Shown in pieces: positions 48,711 to 62,170 of a stretch of 64,000 nucleotides of DNA (its first letter is position 1; the number at the start of each line of letters is the position of its first letter). The notes below the pieces were generated by a model. The model was not told the DNA's origin and ran no database searches. It worked only from the letters and a program-made list of their open reading frames with translations. The stretch covers positions 682,001 to 746,000 of the forward strand of contig OZ037766.1 of the NCBI GenBank assembly GCA_964035545.1, given 5' to 3'. This DNA is from Bugula neritina. Taxonomy: Eukaryota > Animalia > Bryozoa. Both the position numbers and the translations under genes were made by a program.

Positions 48711-51700
48711 TCATGTACATTGGCTGGTGGTGGTTATGTTGGCCCAATCAGGGAACGTATTGAGTTTGAAGTAGGCGGTTCCCCAAGTGTTGATAGCCAA
48801 CATGCATGCTCCGAGACACAGGAAGTTCATCAGCATACCGGACTTGACCTAGAAAATATTACCTCTCAATGAGACATTTATTAAACAATGAAAATGAATA
48901 TATAGCATTCATCATGGATTCTGTATTTCTTATATACTTATATGCATATTAAACAAGAATAAAATATTTTCATGAAAGATATTTGGTAAAAAATGCTATT
49001 TATGTATTAAATTGTATTATGATTTAACGTTATTAAAATTCTTCCAGGGTTTTACTTGATAAGACTAAATAGTTTCCACTATTGTTGCATATTTAATGCA
49101 ACTGAGATAGTGACAGGAGAAATTAACATAATATTAGAAATTGTGTTACCATGTCTAGCACTTTCAGATGTCCAAAAGCAAATACAATAGCATTAGGTGG
49201 TGTTGCTACGGGAAACGCAAAAGCGAAACTGGCGCATATAGTGACTGGAACTAAAATATATAAGGGATGGACTCCAATAGTGGCAGCCTACAAAACAGCA
49301 ACACAGAATGATTAGTACTCAAATATTCTACAAGAATAGCGTAATATTGTACTACAGGATAGACAACTCCAAATGATGACTAGATGTACCCACCAGTTGA
49401 GCTAGTATAGGTAGGAAGATACTGGCTGAAGAGGTGTTGCTGGTAAACTCAGTAAAGAAGGTCATCACAACTCCACATATAAATACTAGAGCAGCGGGTG
49501 GAATAGAGTCTAACACTCCTAGCTTACAGCCTAACCAATCAGAGAGGCCAGATTTCTAAATGAACCAATAAGAACTCATGTAAATATATAATATATATAA
49601 GATACTTCTGTTTATACCAGAACTGCTACATCTGTAATAAGAAGTTATAATAATGTTAGAGACACTATTTATTACGTAGTTAACATTACACAATACAAAG
49701 TTGTGGTTTCTATAATTGTGGAGATAATGAGTTAACTATTTATAATAGATAAGAAGTTAATTTAAACCACAATAATTCTTAGTATTTGAATAATAATATT
49801 ATAAATAGAGAATATAAATCCTCCAATGAAAAGCTAGTAATGATATAATAGTAAATAGTTAACTTCAGTACTGAATAAGATTACAGTAATACATACCTTG
49901 CACATGTCTGCTAAGGCGAAACCACCCCCTAGAAGGATGATAACTCCCCAAGGGAGCTTCTTCTGTACTGTAGGCCAGTCCAGTATGGGTGGACCCAACT
50001 GCAACCCTGAAATATGTGGTAAGAAACTTTATAACCCCAGTCTTTATTTTAATGAACTTATACTATGGAATGTGTGCGATTAAAATCATAATATTATAAT
50101 GTTACCACAATTTCCTATAACATATTACTTCATCTCCTAAAAATATAATATAAAATAAAGCAATATAATATAATATACGATGTGTACCTGATTTGTGTCC
50201 GCTTACACCCGGGAAACTGGAGGGGAAGACAAAGAGAAGCGTGCAGATGAATAAACCAGTAGCTGCGTCCGTTACAAACCTGCAAAGAAGTCAATCAGCT
50301 TATAAACATTACTGTAGAATACACTTACTCACAGTTACTAAATGTACAAATTATAGCTGCAGAATGCACTTACTTGGGCTCAAAGGCACTGGACCACCCT
50401 GGCATAAACTTGGGATCTCTGAACAACCACAGTAGGACCAGAATCACAAAGAAGGTTATCAAAATTATCTCCGGGCAACTGCAATTACAGAAATATACAT
50501 TCGTTAGACTATATTTTACAAAAATATTCAAATAAACTAATTAAACCGGTGACACAAACTCAAGTTTTGAATACTGAAGCAATTTTTTAAAGTAATTTGA
50601 AATGTTTCAGAGAGCACAGCTAATCTAGACGTACCTCGTTTTACCCAGTTTCTGGTATTCTCTTTTTAAAACTAGCTTCCCCCCTTCATTCTCAAACTCT
50701 GCGTCATTCTCACGGCAGAACAATGTTCTACAGAAAGTGCAGTTTTGGTAACATTGTACAATAGAATAACAATCTTAATGGAAGTTTAATAACCGCCCCC
50801 AAACTACCCCCCAAACTACCCCCGAACTACCCCTCAAACTACCCCTCAAATTACCCCCCAAACTACCCCTCAAACTACTCCCCAATCTACTACTCAAACT
50901 ACCCCCCCCCCCCCCTATGCTACTCCTCAACCTACCTCTCGAACTACGGATATAAGAACACAGATGTGAAACTGATTTTAGCTATAACAATACAGTAGTT
51001 AAACTCACCTGGGACCCAAGAACATTACTACCAGAATCACCCAACATATAAAAAGACAGATAATCATGAGAGGAAGGGAGAAGAGAATCCATGAACCAAA
51101 TGTGATGTCATCACTTTCTGGAAAATACCTGCAAACCGTAAATAATGATATCTATACTGAATACACCTATGAGTAAGTTATACCAACACTCACTTTGACA
51201 TGGTGTCATCTATGATTAAGCTATATCAACACTCACTTTGACATGCTGTCATCTATGAGTAAGCTATATAAAAACTCACTTCGACATGGTGTCATCTATG
51301 AGTAAGCTATATCAACACTCACTTTGACATGGTGTCACCTATGAGCAGGTTTGGCCCAGTGCCTGTCAGCGTACCAGTACCCCCAATGTTGGCAGCATAA
51401 CATATCGACAAAGAAACAGCTTTGCCCAGGTTCTGAAACTTTGGGCTCATTTCACTGGGTTTGAGCTCCTCCTCACCTCCTTTAGAGCTTGTGGGTCTGA
51501 AGAGTAGAGAGAAGAAGCTATTAGATACATGTTGATACTGTATATAGCCCTACATAACAGAGTATATACCTTTGTTCAGTCTCATTAGTTTGGTTCAGTT
51601 CAGCACCAGAAGTTGAACATCTGGAGAGTAACATTTGATAATCTGTACTCACGGTGCTTCACTGACAGCTACTCCATTTTCTTCATTTTGAGGTTCCAGT

Positions 51701-54700
51701 GGATATTCGTTTTCTACAATATTTGGCAATATAAAGACAAGTTCCACAGATGTAGAGGTAACTTAAAGTATTTCATGTTAAAACAAGGGTCATATTAAAT
51801 CCTCCAGTCTATTCACTAGAGCCAGAAACCATGCATACCATTCTCATGCTTCTTTTGTTTCCACATCTCTATGACAACGGCGTGTGCTATGGGAATCATC
51901 ATGGCCGTAGTAGCAGTATTGCTGAGCCACATGGAGAGGAAACCAGTAACGCTGATGAAGCCAAGTAGCAACCTGCAGAAATTTCACTAAATTATGTAGA
52001 TAACGGCAAGTAAAGTTCTTAAATTGGTCAAATAAAACTCAAAACTCAATGATATATTTGTTAGACCCTTAAACAAGTCAACAGAGGGTTTCTTGTGCTC
52101 ACATCTAACAGCTGCAGAGCTGAGTACAAAAGCTGGCTAAACTCTCTGGAAGTACATTCCTATTACAGGTGATAGAACTGTATTTCCAGCACATTGCAGC
52201 CATAGGACGCTCTAGCTATTCCATGTATCAAATATCAAGTGGTTATTGTTGCCTTAATATAGTATAATACACTGCAAGTTATATTGAGTTGTGTACACAA
52301 TATACATGTTAGGTTACAATATATTACATTACATATTATATATAATACATATCAGGTATCAATAGCTGCATGCTTATAATGAGCTATTATCTAGGTGTAT
52401 GAATAGACCTTCTGTCTCAATCACTTACTTGTGTTTATAACGATTGCAAGAAAAATATGTTACAGATTTTTAGGATAGAATTTTGGTTGACCAGCTCATG
52501 CTGGCTGCTGGTTGACAGGCTGGTTAGAGGTCAACTGAGTGCAAACTCGACTTGTTTAGCTTATGGTACCAACTGACATGTGGGTATAACGGGTATTCAA
52601 CCAGCAAACCATTCTTTACCAGTTGATTGTCAACCTAATTATTGTAGTATTTTCATTCTTGATAGAGTGATATTAAATATCTTACGTAAATTCGGCTAGA
52701 AAACTACCATGGCTCAAGTTTTACCATTAAACTAAAACTTTTTTAACTGCTTTCTTTTTGTAAAAAGAAATTTGTGGTAATTGATTTAAAACAATGGTGT
52801 TGGCGAGATGCCAAAGTGATTGAACAATGTTCAAAATAAACGTTGCAGTTCACTGAAGTTGGAAATTGGATTTCGGTTTATTAAATTAGAGCTGCGACCG
52901 AACATAGTCAGTGCAAGAATTGTTCTATTCAGAGATGAAATGTTAAGGAAAGTGTTACAATCACCATTTTGGATTTTTATTATTATTCCAAAATCATGAG
53001 GCATCAGAATATGATTGTAAATCAATTGGATTCATCACATGAGAGTGACTGAGTCACTTTGATTACTACTCACACCTGGCACTGGTGACTCATAGACTAG
53101 TAGTTAATAAAATAATATCCAGGTGGAATAAATGAATCTTTTACTCATGAGAGAAGACTGAAAGGAAAATGCTAGGAAAACCATGTTGATTGTTAAATGA
53201 ACTATCAGGAATTTTCATCTCTGCTAGATTTTACTTTCCAGAAATATGCGGAGTAATTCCCTTCTACTTAAGTGTTTGGCACAGAGCCAGATGTTAGAGA
53301 AATAACGAAGCGCTCATGTGAGGACTAGCATTACAAGAGCACACTAGCTAGCTATAACAGTGTGGAGTAGCCAAGCAATGCTGAGCTGTAATGTAAATTG
53401 ATTATTCAGTATTAACAGATACTAATATTATTTACTCATATGTAAGTGGATGTACGTCAACCCACACTATAATTACTACCCCTATATGTGGCTTGGTTCA
53501 TGCTGAATATAATATAAATAGTAGAAATCCTTACTCCAAACTTCCGGCTTTTAACGTTAGGTTAGAAAGAGCTGAAGTCAGAAGATACTAATAAGGCATT
53601 CAGTCAATATCATAGACTGTGAATGATTTGGAAAGAGTACGGGTGGGCTGTGGGAGCAACCCTACTTATTAAATATCTGTTTTAGTCTGGAAACTAATTA
53701 GCAAATGCTAAATTTATCTGCTCTGTTAATTATCAGAGTACAAATTACTTTCATGAGTTCATCTACAGACTTCTTCTCCCATTGGCTGAAGGCCAACTGA
53801 CAATGCAATATTTTTAGAAAGCTGTCATCACAGGTATTATGTAATAGTCTTACATTTTTGGCCTCGTTCCAACTAACATCAAAACTCTCAGGGCAATTCT
53901 TATGTGTAGATTCCACTTTTCTATTGCCACTGCAAATATCAGTCCAGCAACAAATAGGAAGTTTAGATCCTGAAAAAATGTAAAAGGTGTAGGCCTGGCC
54001 AGCTAGTGCAAGGCCTGGCCAGCTAGTGTGTGGCCCGGCCAGTGAGAATATGATAAACATATAAAAGTTAACTTATCAGAAATGTCCAAGCTGAAGGCAC
54101 TCAACTTGCAGTTTGCAAATCTACAAGTTTTAGAAAATAATTTTTGCACTGTCAGTCAAAAACTGCTTTCAAGATCAAAAATCAGCCCTAAAAGTCAAAT
54201 TATTCAAATATAGTTTTTGACATAAATTAAAAAGCAGTGCCAACAACTTTACCAGACAAAGCCATTACCCCAGATCTGTTAAACTGAAGTTAATCAGTCA
54301 AACAGCTTGCAGCTGCTAAACTAATCTCTCAATCAACTGATTTCACTATGATTCAAATGCTTTTTACAGAAAACTAGTTTTAGTGAAATTCTTACAATAG
54401 TTTTAGCTTTATAAGGTTATTTTGATATTAGCTAGTCTGTCACATTAAACAGGGGCAGACATGAGTGAGGGGCAGATGGGAGGTTATATAGTATACTTAC
54501 TGTTATATAGTATACTTACAGTATATAGTATACTTACAGTTATATAGTATACTTACAGTATATAGTATACTTACAGTTATATAGTATACTTACAGTTATA
54601 TAGTATACTTACAGTTATGTAGTATACATACAGTATATAGTATACTTACAGTTATATAGTATACTTACAGTATATAGTATACTTACAGTTATATCATACT

Positions 54701-56804
54701 ATACTTACTGTTATATAGTATACTTACTGTTATATAGTATACTTATAGTTATAGATTATACTTACTGTTATATAGTATACTTACAGTTATGTAGTATACT
54801 TACAGTTATGTAGTATACTTACAGTTATATAGTATACTTACAGTATATAGTATACTTACAGTTATATTATACTATACTTACTGTTATATAGTATACTTAC
54901 TGTTATATAGTATACTTACAGTATATACTATAGATTATACTTACTGTTATATAGTTTATAGCTATGACCTTTGCACCCAGCAAGCCAATGGCAGGAGATA
55001 GAAACATGGGAATTAAGGCTGTTGCTGGTAGTGGTAGTGCCTCGGTACACCAGTAGGTAGCCATTAATATCAGTATGTACAGACATTTGGCAATCTAAAA
55101 TATTTATAAGTAATAAATAACTTTTTGATAAATCAGTCTTTTCATTGCTACAGAAGGCCTGCGACATGAAATGCCTTCTGCTGGAACTGATTCCGTTCTA
55201 TACAGAATTTCTAGCATTTGACTCATGAGAGAGATTGTTTCACTGACTGAGATCTCTACCGCTGCCTACACACCATGCTGTCATACTTGGACAGCTTGTA
55301 TAGAGTGACATTTAGGTCAGCTAGTAGCTAATTAGTGGTGGGCAAGCTTGCCTAGCTCTAGAAGTTGTCTTGAAATTAATAAACAACTAGAGAGTATGTT
55401 TAGGTAAAAGCCCAACAGAGCTGGCATGTGAAAATCTCAATTCTGCATTTCCTATTATCTTGATTACATTATCTGATCCACTCCAGCAACTGTGTAACTT
55501 ACTGCTTGTCATGCAAACTCTAAATATCTATTATCTATATAATAGAAAGCCAATACCAGCCATCTTTAAAGGTGCAATAAGCTGGGAATTCCAGCTATTG
55601 AGTTCTACATTACCATACAGAGTCTGCAAGCATACTAAGTGATAGTCACCTGTTCATTTGGCTGCTGAGCTACCAGAAGAGGTGAGAGAAGTATCGGGGT
55701 GAGTACAATGACTAACAACTTCCAGTTCTTCAGCAACTCCTTCACAGTACTGCGCCAATGGCTACCTCCAGAGCTTATCGGGGAGTCCTCACGTCTGTCT
55801 GATAACTTTGTCAACGGTTCAGTGCTGGTGATGAAGTCGTGTTGAGAGGAGTCTGGGGAGAAGTCTAGCATAAGGGAAAGAGAAGACAAATCAGTTTATT
55901 TCAACTAAGAATATTGCTTCGCAAAGAGTTTAGCAAAACAAAACACAGTGAAGAGTAAAAGATACATCTAGGGTGAAAGTTTATGTAGCGCAAAATAACA
56001 CAAAATAGAATAAATAGCTTTGGTTTTAGTTTTATTTTCACTGAGTGTTTTGGAAGGGCCCCCATAAAGACGACCCAATTTCCTTCGGAGTCATGCTAGC
56101 CTTCTATAGGATGTTCACATGTAACTGACTCTGTACTAGTAGGCGACACTCCATACAGTTTACTCACTAAACTTTTAGCTCACAATCAACTATGTCTGTA
56201 GCATCACTAGAAGTTTACTAATATTAACACACTCAGCAATATTATGCTATTTAATTAGTGAGAACATAATTATCCTCTAAACCATATGAGTGATAATTAT
56301 TATATGAATTCACAGCACACTTTCCCTCTTCATGTTCATATTAATTGTTTATCATATTCCCATGTTGAAAGAGTTTGGAAAATATCATATTTTTACAGAT
56401 ATAAAAAGTTTAAAGCCTGACAACATTGCAAACTAATCTATCAACAGAGTCATGACGTGATAGCAACAAAATTTGTGTTGAATTGTCCTTTGAGCAATTC
56501 ACAGTTGAAAGCAACGGCACTGCAACAGGTCTGATAAGCAAAAGTGTGAGTGATCTAGTCAGTTAGCGTCAACCGCTAAGCTAGCAAACAACACCACTTA
56601 CCAGTCGTCTGTTCGAGCAGACGTACGTGCTCCCCATAACCATTCACTCCTGGAGTAAATAATCATGTCACATTACTCCCTATCACTGATGGCAACCTTT
56701 AGAGTTTATGTTTATTAATTGTCTTCACGGATACTTTTAGTTTACTCACCAACTTTGATGTCTTTATCCATGGGTGGAGAGAGATGATTGTTAGTAGAAG
56801 CCAT
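48711..56804 (-). CDS. SLC13-family Na+/dicarboxylate-citrate cotransporter (INDY-like)
   Basis: About 16-17 exons (approx. 56804-56750, 56649-56602, 55864-55650, 55094-54945, 53969-53854, 51972-51839, 51712-51653, 51496-51323, 51128-51009, 50727-50635, 50478-50374, 50279-50188, 50007-49897, 49555-49394, 49287-49150, 48848-48711). Motifs include [69 protein letters not shown] and PVATPPNA. Confidence 0.95.
50795..50950. repeat. C-rich 12-13-bp repeat (AAACTACCCC(C/T)C)
   Basis: Intronic; G-runs on the transcribed (minus) strand. Confidence 0.8.
51167..51344 (-). repeat. 43-bp tandem repeat, ~4 copies, spanning an SLC13 exon end and splice donor
   Basis: Minus-strand unit CTCATAGGTGACACCATGTCAAA|GTGAGTGTTGATATAGCTTA. 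Confidence 0.88.
54484..54958 (-). repeat. ~19-bp minisatellite spanning an SLC13 exon end and GTAAGT donor
   Basis: Minus-strand unit CTATATAAC(A/T)|GTAAGTATA; the first copy is the end of exon 55094-54945. Confidence 0.9.
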
Positions 56805-57136
56805 TGTGCTTGCATTCAATTCTCAGTCTATTTTCATACACTTATGGGTGGTCTAACAGTGTCCCCTTATATGAGCAAACCTCTGATTACTCTGATGAAA
56901 AGTTCCTTAACCTCACTGTGGATGAGAACTGGTGGTGGTAAAATATTTATATAGTGAACAGGAAATGAACATCAATGTAAACTCAACTAATATCTGCAGC
57001 TTCCTACACTTGAATGAATACACAACCCTTCTCTGTGTACTTCACGTGTGTACATACCAGAGCAATGGCTTATTGATGATCTATGTGTTATACATTGTCC
57101 AACAGAGATAATGGAAACACAACTCCCAATGCAAGT
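56702..57136 (-). repeat. Inverted-repeat arm A (SLC13 promoter, TATA, 5'UTR, exon 1)
   Basis: Reverse complement of 59710-60146 with few differences; TATATAAA on the minus strand near 56946-56953. Confidence 0.92.
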
Positions 57137-57246
57137 TTATTAGTCTATACTCTAGTAATGAGAGAGCTACAACAAGAGAGGGGTAGTAACTACTCTACAA
57201 ATAGCAGTACAGTGAAAGTTATTACTGATGTATATTGAAGCTCTTT

Positions 57247-57913
57247 TAGTATTACATAGTATTGCATAGCACTACAGTATTACATAGTATAGCATAGCAC
57301 TACAGTATTACATAGTATAGCATAGCACTACAGTATTACATAGTATAGCATAGCACTACAGTATTACATAGTATTGCATAGCACTACAGTATTACTTAGT
57401 ATAGCATAGCACTACAATATTACATAGTATAGCATAGCACTACAGTATTACATAGTATTGCATAGCACTACAGTATTACATAGTATTGCATAGCACTACA
57501 GTATTACATAGTATTGCATAGCACTACAGTATTACTTAGTATAGCATAGCACTACAGTATTACATAGTATAGCATAGCACTACAGTATTACATAGTATAG
57601 CATAGCACTACAGTATTACATAGTATAGCATAGCACTACAGTATTACATAGTATGGCATAGCACTACAGTATTACATAGTATAGCATAGCACTACAGTAT
57701 TACATAGTATAGCATAGCACTACAGTATTACATAGTATTGCATAGCACTACAGTATTACATAGTATTGTATAGCACTACAGTATTACATAGTATAGCATA
57801 GCACTACAGTATTACATAGTATAGCATAGCACTACAGCATTACATAGTATTGCATAGCACTACAGTATTACATAGTATAGCATAGCACTACAGTATTGCA
57901 TAGTATTGCATAG
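57247..57913. repeat. Minisatellite, 28-bp unit AGTATTACATAGTAT(A/T)GCATAGCACTAC, ~23 copies
   Basis: Direct tandem periodicity in the spacer between the inverted arms. Confidence 0.92.
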
Positions 57914-59404
57914 GACTTCTGCTCTAATCAACTTCAAGTTCACTAGCACTTACTTAAAATTAACATATTGCAACATCTGTAATAAAATTTTGTGGGAAAC
58001 ATAGCTCTCTGTACAGCAGGAAATTTTTCACCATAGCAAGCATAAATCAAAGATTAAACCCAATGATAAGTAGAAGTGGTTAATAGAAATGGTTAGGAGA
58101 AAGACTGGCTATAAGCTCCCACCCCTACCTAACCTTCCTCATGTCACACTTCAGTAAAGCTGATTATTCATTGCCAAAGTAAACAGCATTTAGATGGAGT
58201 AACAGAGAAATTTCAATAACCTAAATTATACAACTTTCTTAATGAAATCTGGTTTGGGGTGTGGGCTAACTTAAACATAACTTATCATAGCAAGGCAAAT
58301 ATTTGTAAGCACAGGTTTTCTTCAGATTTACAATGTTGATTAAAGACAATGGGGAAAACAGCAAAGACTTAGTCATAAAACATGCTAAAAGAGTAGATTT
58401 TTTAGTAGTTTTAGTTGAAAGTTAGTAACCAAATGTAGTACTACAGGCTAATATCACATCATTGTTTATAGCTCTCCTAACTAAACCCTCAACTCCAATA
58501 AAATACTATAATAATACAAACATCTTACCGAAAATAGCTCAAGACAAAGTTTGAAAGTTCTAGGTTCTGTTAGCATCGGAATTTGAATGGTTTTCAAAAT
58601 TCAACCAACAGTCCCCTGCGAGATACTTTGTTTGAATGCTGTTACTATTACAATACAGCAGCTTTCAATAGCAGCTTTAATTATAGAAGAAAAGACTACT
58701 GTTTACTTATGTAACAGTTTTATAAAATGATCACACTGTTAGTTTTAATTCAATTGCATATGTGATTGTAGACTTACAATAAGAGTGTTGAGTGAGATTT
58801 TATGATATATAATTGAGTATTCAAGTCAACACAAATACTGAAATAGATTGAATTTATAGACTCTGCACTTACTTCAAAGATAAAAAGGTGACCCAGCACA
58901 GTTGAGTGCAACAATTAACTAAAACAAGATTCACTGAATGGTATTATTTTCATATTTAACAATGCTACACCACTTTTACTGTGTAAGCTAAATATTACAG
59001 CAATAAGAATTAAGATTACATCTGATTGTGTGTTAGGCATTCCAGTTAGATGGATATGAACACTAATTAATAATTTGGTAGTAAACTATTACTCCATATT
59101 GTATTAATGCTGGTCCTTTCAACTCACAGCCATAATCATTATCAGACAACTAGAAAAGGCTACAGGGGTCTGAGGAAATTATAAATACTCACAGTCATGT
59201 TCTTTATGATGCTTACTGACTCGAAGCTCTCCCTTCAAAATACACGTGTTTTAGTATTACTACAGAATACGGCATTGTTATGCTCGTAGCTAGGCAACGC
59301 ACAATGGGATCAAAATGGGAAAACAATTTATTTGTGCATTGATAATGTTAGTATAACAATCCTACAGTATCGGCAAATATACTCATTAGATGTATATTAT
59401 ATAC

Positions 59405-59408
<4 letters not shown>

Positions 59409-59466
<58 letters not shown>

Positions 59467-59600
59467 CGAATATATAGAAGATAGAAATATAGAATATAGA
59501 ATATAGAAGATAGAAATATAGAATATATAATATAGAATATAGAAATATATAATATATAATATAGAATATAGAAATATAGAATATAGAATACAGAATAGCA
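59409..59600. repeat. (TA)n microsatellite followed by an ATATAGA-like repeat
   Basis: Visible directly. Confidence 0.9.
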
Positions 59601-59709
59601 TGCAATGACTCAGTAATCAGTATCAATTTTATAACAAATTACTATTTGTACAGTATTTACCACCATTTTATTTTAGTTGATCTACAATATACTATATGTA
59701 AAGTAATAT

Positions 59710-61350
59710 ACTTGCATTGGGAGTTGTGTTTCCATTATCTCTGTTGGACAATGTATAACACATAGATCATCAATAAGCCATTACCCTAGTATGTACACAC
59801 GTGAAGTACACAGAGAAGGGTTGTGTATTCATTCAAGTGTAGGGAGCTGCAGATGTTAGTTGAGTTTACATTGATGTTCACTTCCTGTTCACTATATAAA
59901 TATTTTACCACCACCATTTCTCATCCACAGTGAGGTCAAGGAACTTTTCATCAGAGTAATCAGAGGTATGCTCATATAAGGGGACACTGTTAGACCACCC
60001 ACAAGTGTATGAAAATAGACTGAGAAGTTCATGCAAGCACAATATGGCTTCTACTAACAATCATCTCTCTCCACCCATGGATAAAGACACCAAACTTGGT
60101 GGGTAAACTAAAAGTTTCAGTGAAGACAATTAATAAACATAAACTCAATGAAGACTGCACATGCTGTTTCAATGTCAACCTGTAAATACTTGCTAAATAC
60201 TATATTATAACTCTGCGCTTATGTGCCAATGAGTTCTAGTAGATAAATGTGTCCTGATTTCTAACTTTAGAAGTCAATGGCGTGCATGGGGAGCAAGAAC
60301 TTCTGCTGGAACAGACAACTGGTATGTGGTGTCGAGAATCGATTGATGAGAAATTCTGAGAGAAACTCAGCTAAACCCAGTAAAGCTAAATTTAAAGCTA
60401 AAGCTATTTGTTGCGTTAAGCTATTCCAGTTACGCTATTCCAGTTGTTATGCTGTAGTATTTGCTTTTGGACATCTGAAAGTGCTAGACATGGTAACACA
60501 ATTTCTAATATGTTATTTTCTCCTATCACTATTTCAGTTGGATCAAATATATAAGAATAGTCGCAACTTATTAATCTTATTTATTAAATTCCTGGAAAAA
60601 TTTAATATAATATAATATTTTAATAACATTACATCAGAATACAACAATTCAATATATAAATAGTATTTTACCCAAATATCTTTCATGAAAATATTTTATT
60701 CTTGTTTAATATGCATATAAGTATAATATAAGAAGTACAGAAGCCATGATGAATGCTACATATTTATTTTAATTATTTAATAAACATCTCATTGAGAGGC
60801 GATATTTTCTAGGTCAATTCCGGTATGCTGATGAACTTCCTGTGTCTCGGAGCATGCATGTTGGCTATCAACACTTGGGGAACCGCCTACTTTAAACTCA
60901 ATACGTTCCCTGATTGGGCCAACATAACCACCACCAGCCAATGTACATGAATTACTCTGACACTTCTACTTTGTTTGTTCCAATATATTACTTTATTGCA
61001 TAATTTCTACTAAATTCCATAACAAGCTGAGCAGCTGAAATGGGTGCTAAACTTTGTCTTCTAGTAATCTATAACTGATAGAGCTAATACACACATGACA
61101 CAAACCATTCAACTACTTAATGCTGAACTTTTTAGAATTAGTGTATCATGATTCAGGAAAGCATGGCACTAACTCACTCATTCACTCTCCGGCTAACTTA
61201 CTTTTTGGTTCATTCACTCATTTATTTACACACTCACTCACTCACTTATCTCTCTCCACTGTGTTATATTTAGGAATGTCTATATAACCCAAATATATAT
61301 TATTATGTTCCATATTACCAAGACATCAGACTAGTGTTTTGCATAATAAC
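59710..61350 (+). pseudogene. Inverted, internally deleted duplicate of the SLC13 gene (possible mini-gene)
   Basis: 59710-60146 mirrors 56702-57136; 60271-60321 is homologous to exon 2 (56649-56602); ~60449-61350 mirrors ~47970-49196 (end of the penultimate exon, last intron, last exon 60813-60950 and 3'UTR). All middle exons are absent. Confidence 0.88.
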
Positions 61351-61909
61351 TTAGTGGTGAAGAACGATTTTAGTTTGGGGGGGGGGAAGCCTCAGATTTG
61401 GCGTCGTGGACCTAACTCCACACTTGGGACCCTCAAACTAATATTGTCCTTCGACCCATTGGAACTGCTCATAGAACACTACTAAAAATATAATGCATAA
61501 TGTTGCAGCGTGTTAAATGCGCGCCAAATTGTGGGAGTCTTTTTATCACGCTTTAAACATCGTCAAATATATAAGAATATAGGGCTAAAGTGTCGTTTGG
61601 GCTAGCAAATAATTTATTTTACCAGCTAAAATTTTATGCTTTATTAGATTTTCAGAAAGAAAGTTTTCAAGTCCAACTTATGCAGTTATAGTTATTAGGA
61701 TTACTATTACTAGTATCAATTTTTCTTATTAACTCTTATACTTATAGTTATACTTATAGCTTAGAGTATAGTTAATGTCATGTTTTACTACTTATAGTTA
61801 TACTTGTAGTTATAGTGATAGTAATTTTAAATACCTTTGAAGACACAGAACACTTGGAAACACTCAAGTTGAAGCTAAAGTTTATACTTATCTTATAGAA
61901 GTGCATCAC

Positions 61910-62170
61910 TAATACTAATAGTAATACTAATACTAATACTAATAGTAATACTTATACTAATAGTAATAGTAGTACAGTATTACTAATAGTAATACTTATA
62001 CTTATAGTGAGTTATACTAATAGTAATACTCTAATAGTAATACTCTAATAGTAATAGTAATACTAATACTAATAGAGTAATAGTAATAGTAATACTAATA
62101 GTAAGATGTAATACTAATACTAATAGTATTACTAATAGTAATACTAATAGTAATACTAATAGTAATACTT
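61910..62170. repeat. (TAATAC/TAATAG)n simple repeat
   Basis: Hexamer periodicity. Confidence 0.85.

Noticed and set aside
53698-54060. 120-aa ORF in an SLC13 intron as a nested gene
   Set aside because: It is an off-frame reading of the true SLC13 exon at ~53969-53854.
60277-60615. 112-aa ORF as a standalone gene
   Set aside because: It is a chimera of off-frame duplicated exon 2, intron sequence and a short piece of the duplicated SLC13 penultimate exon.
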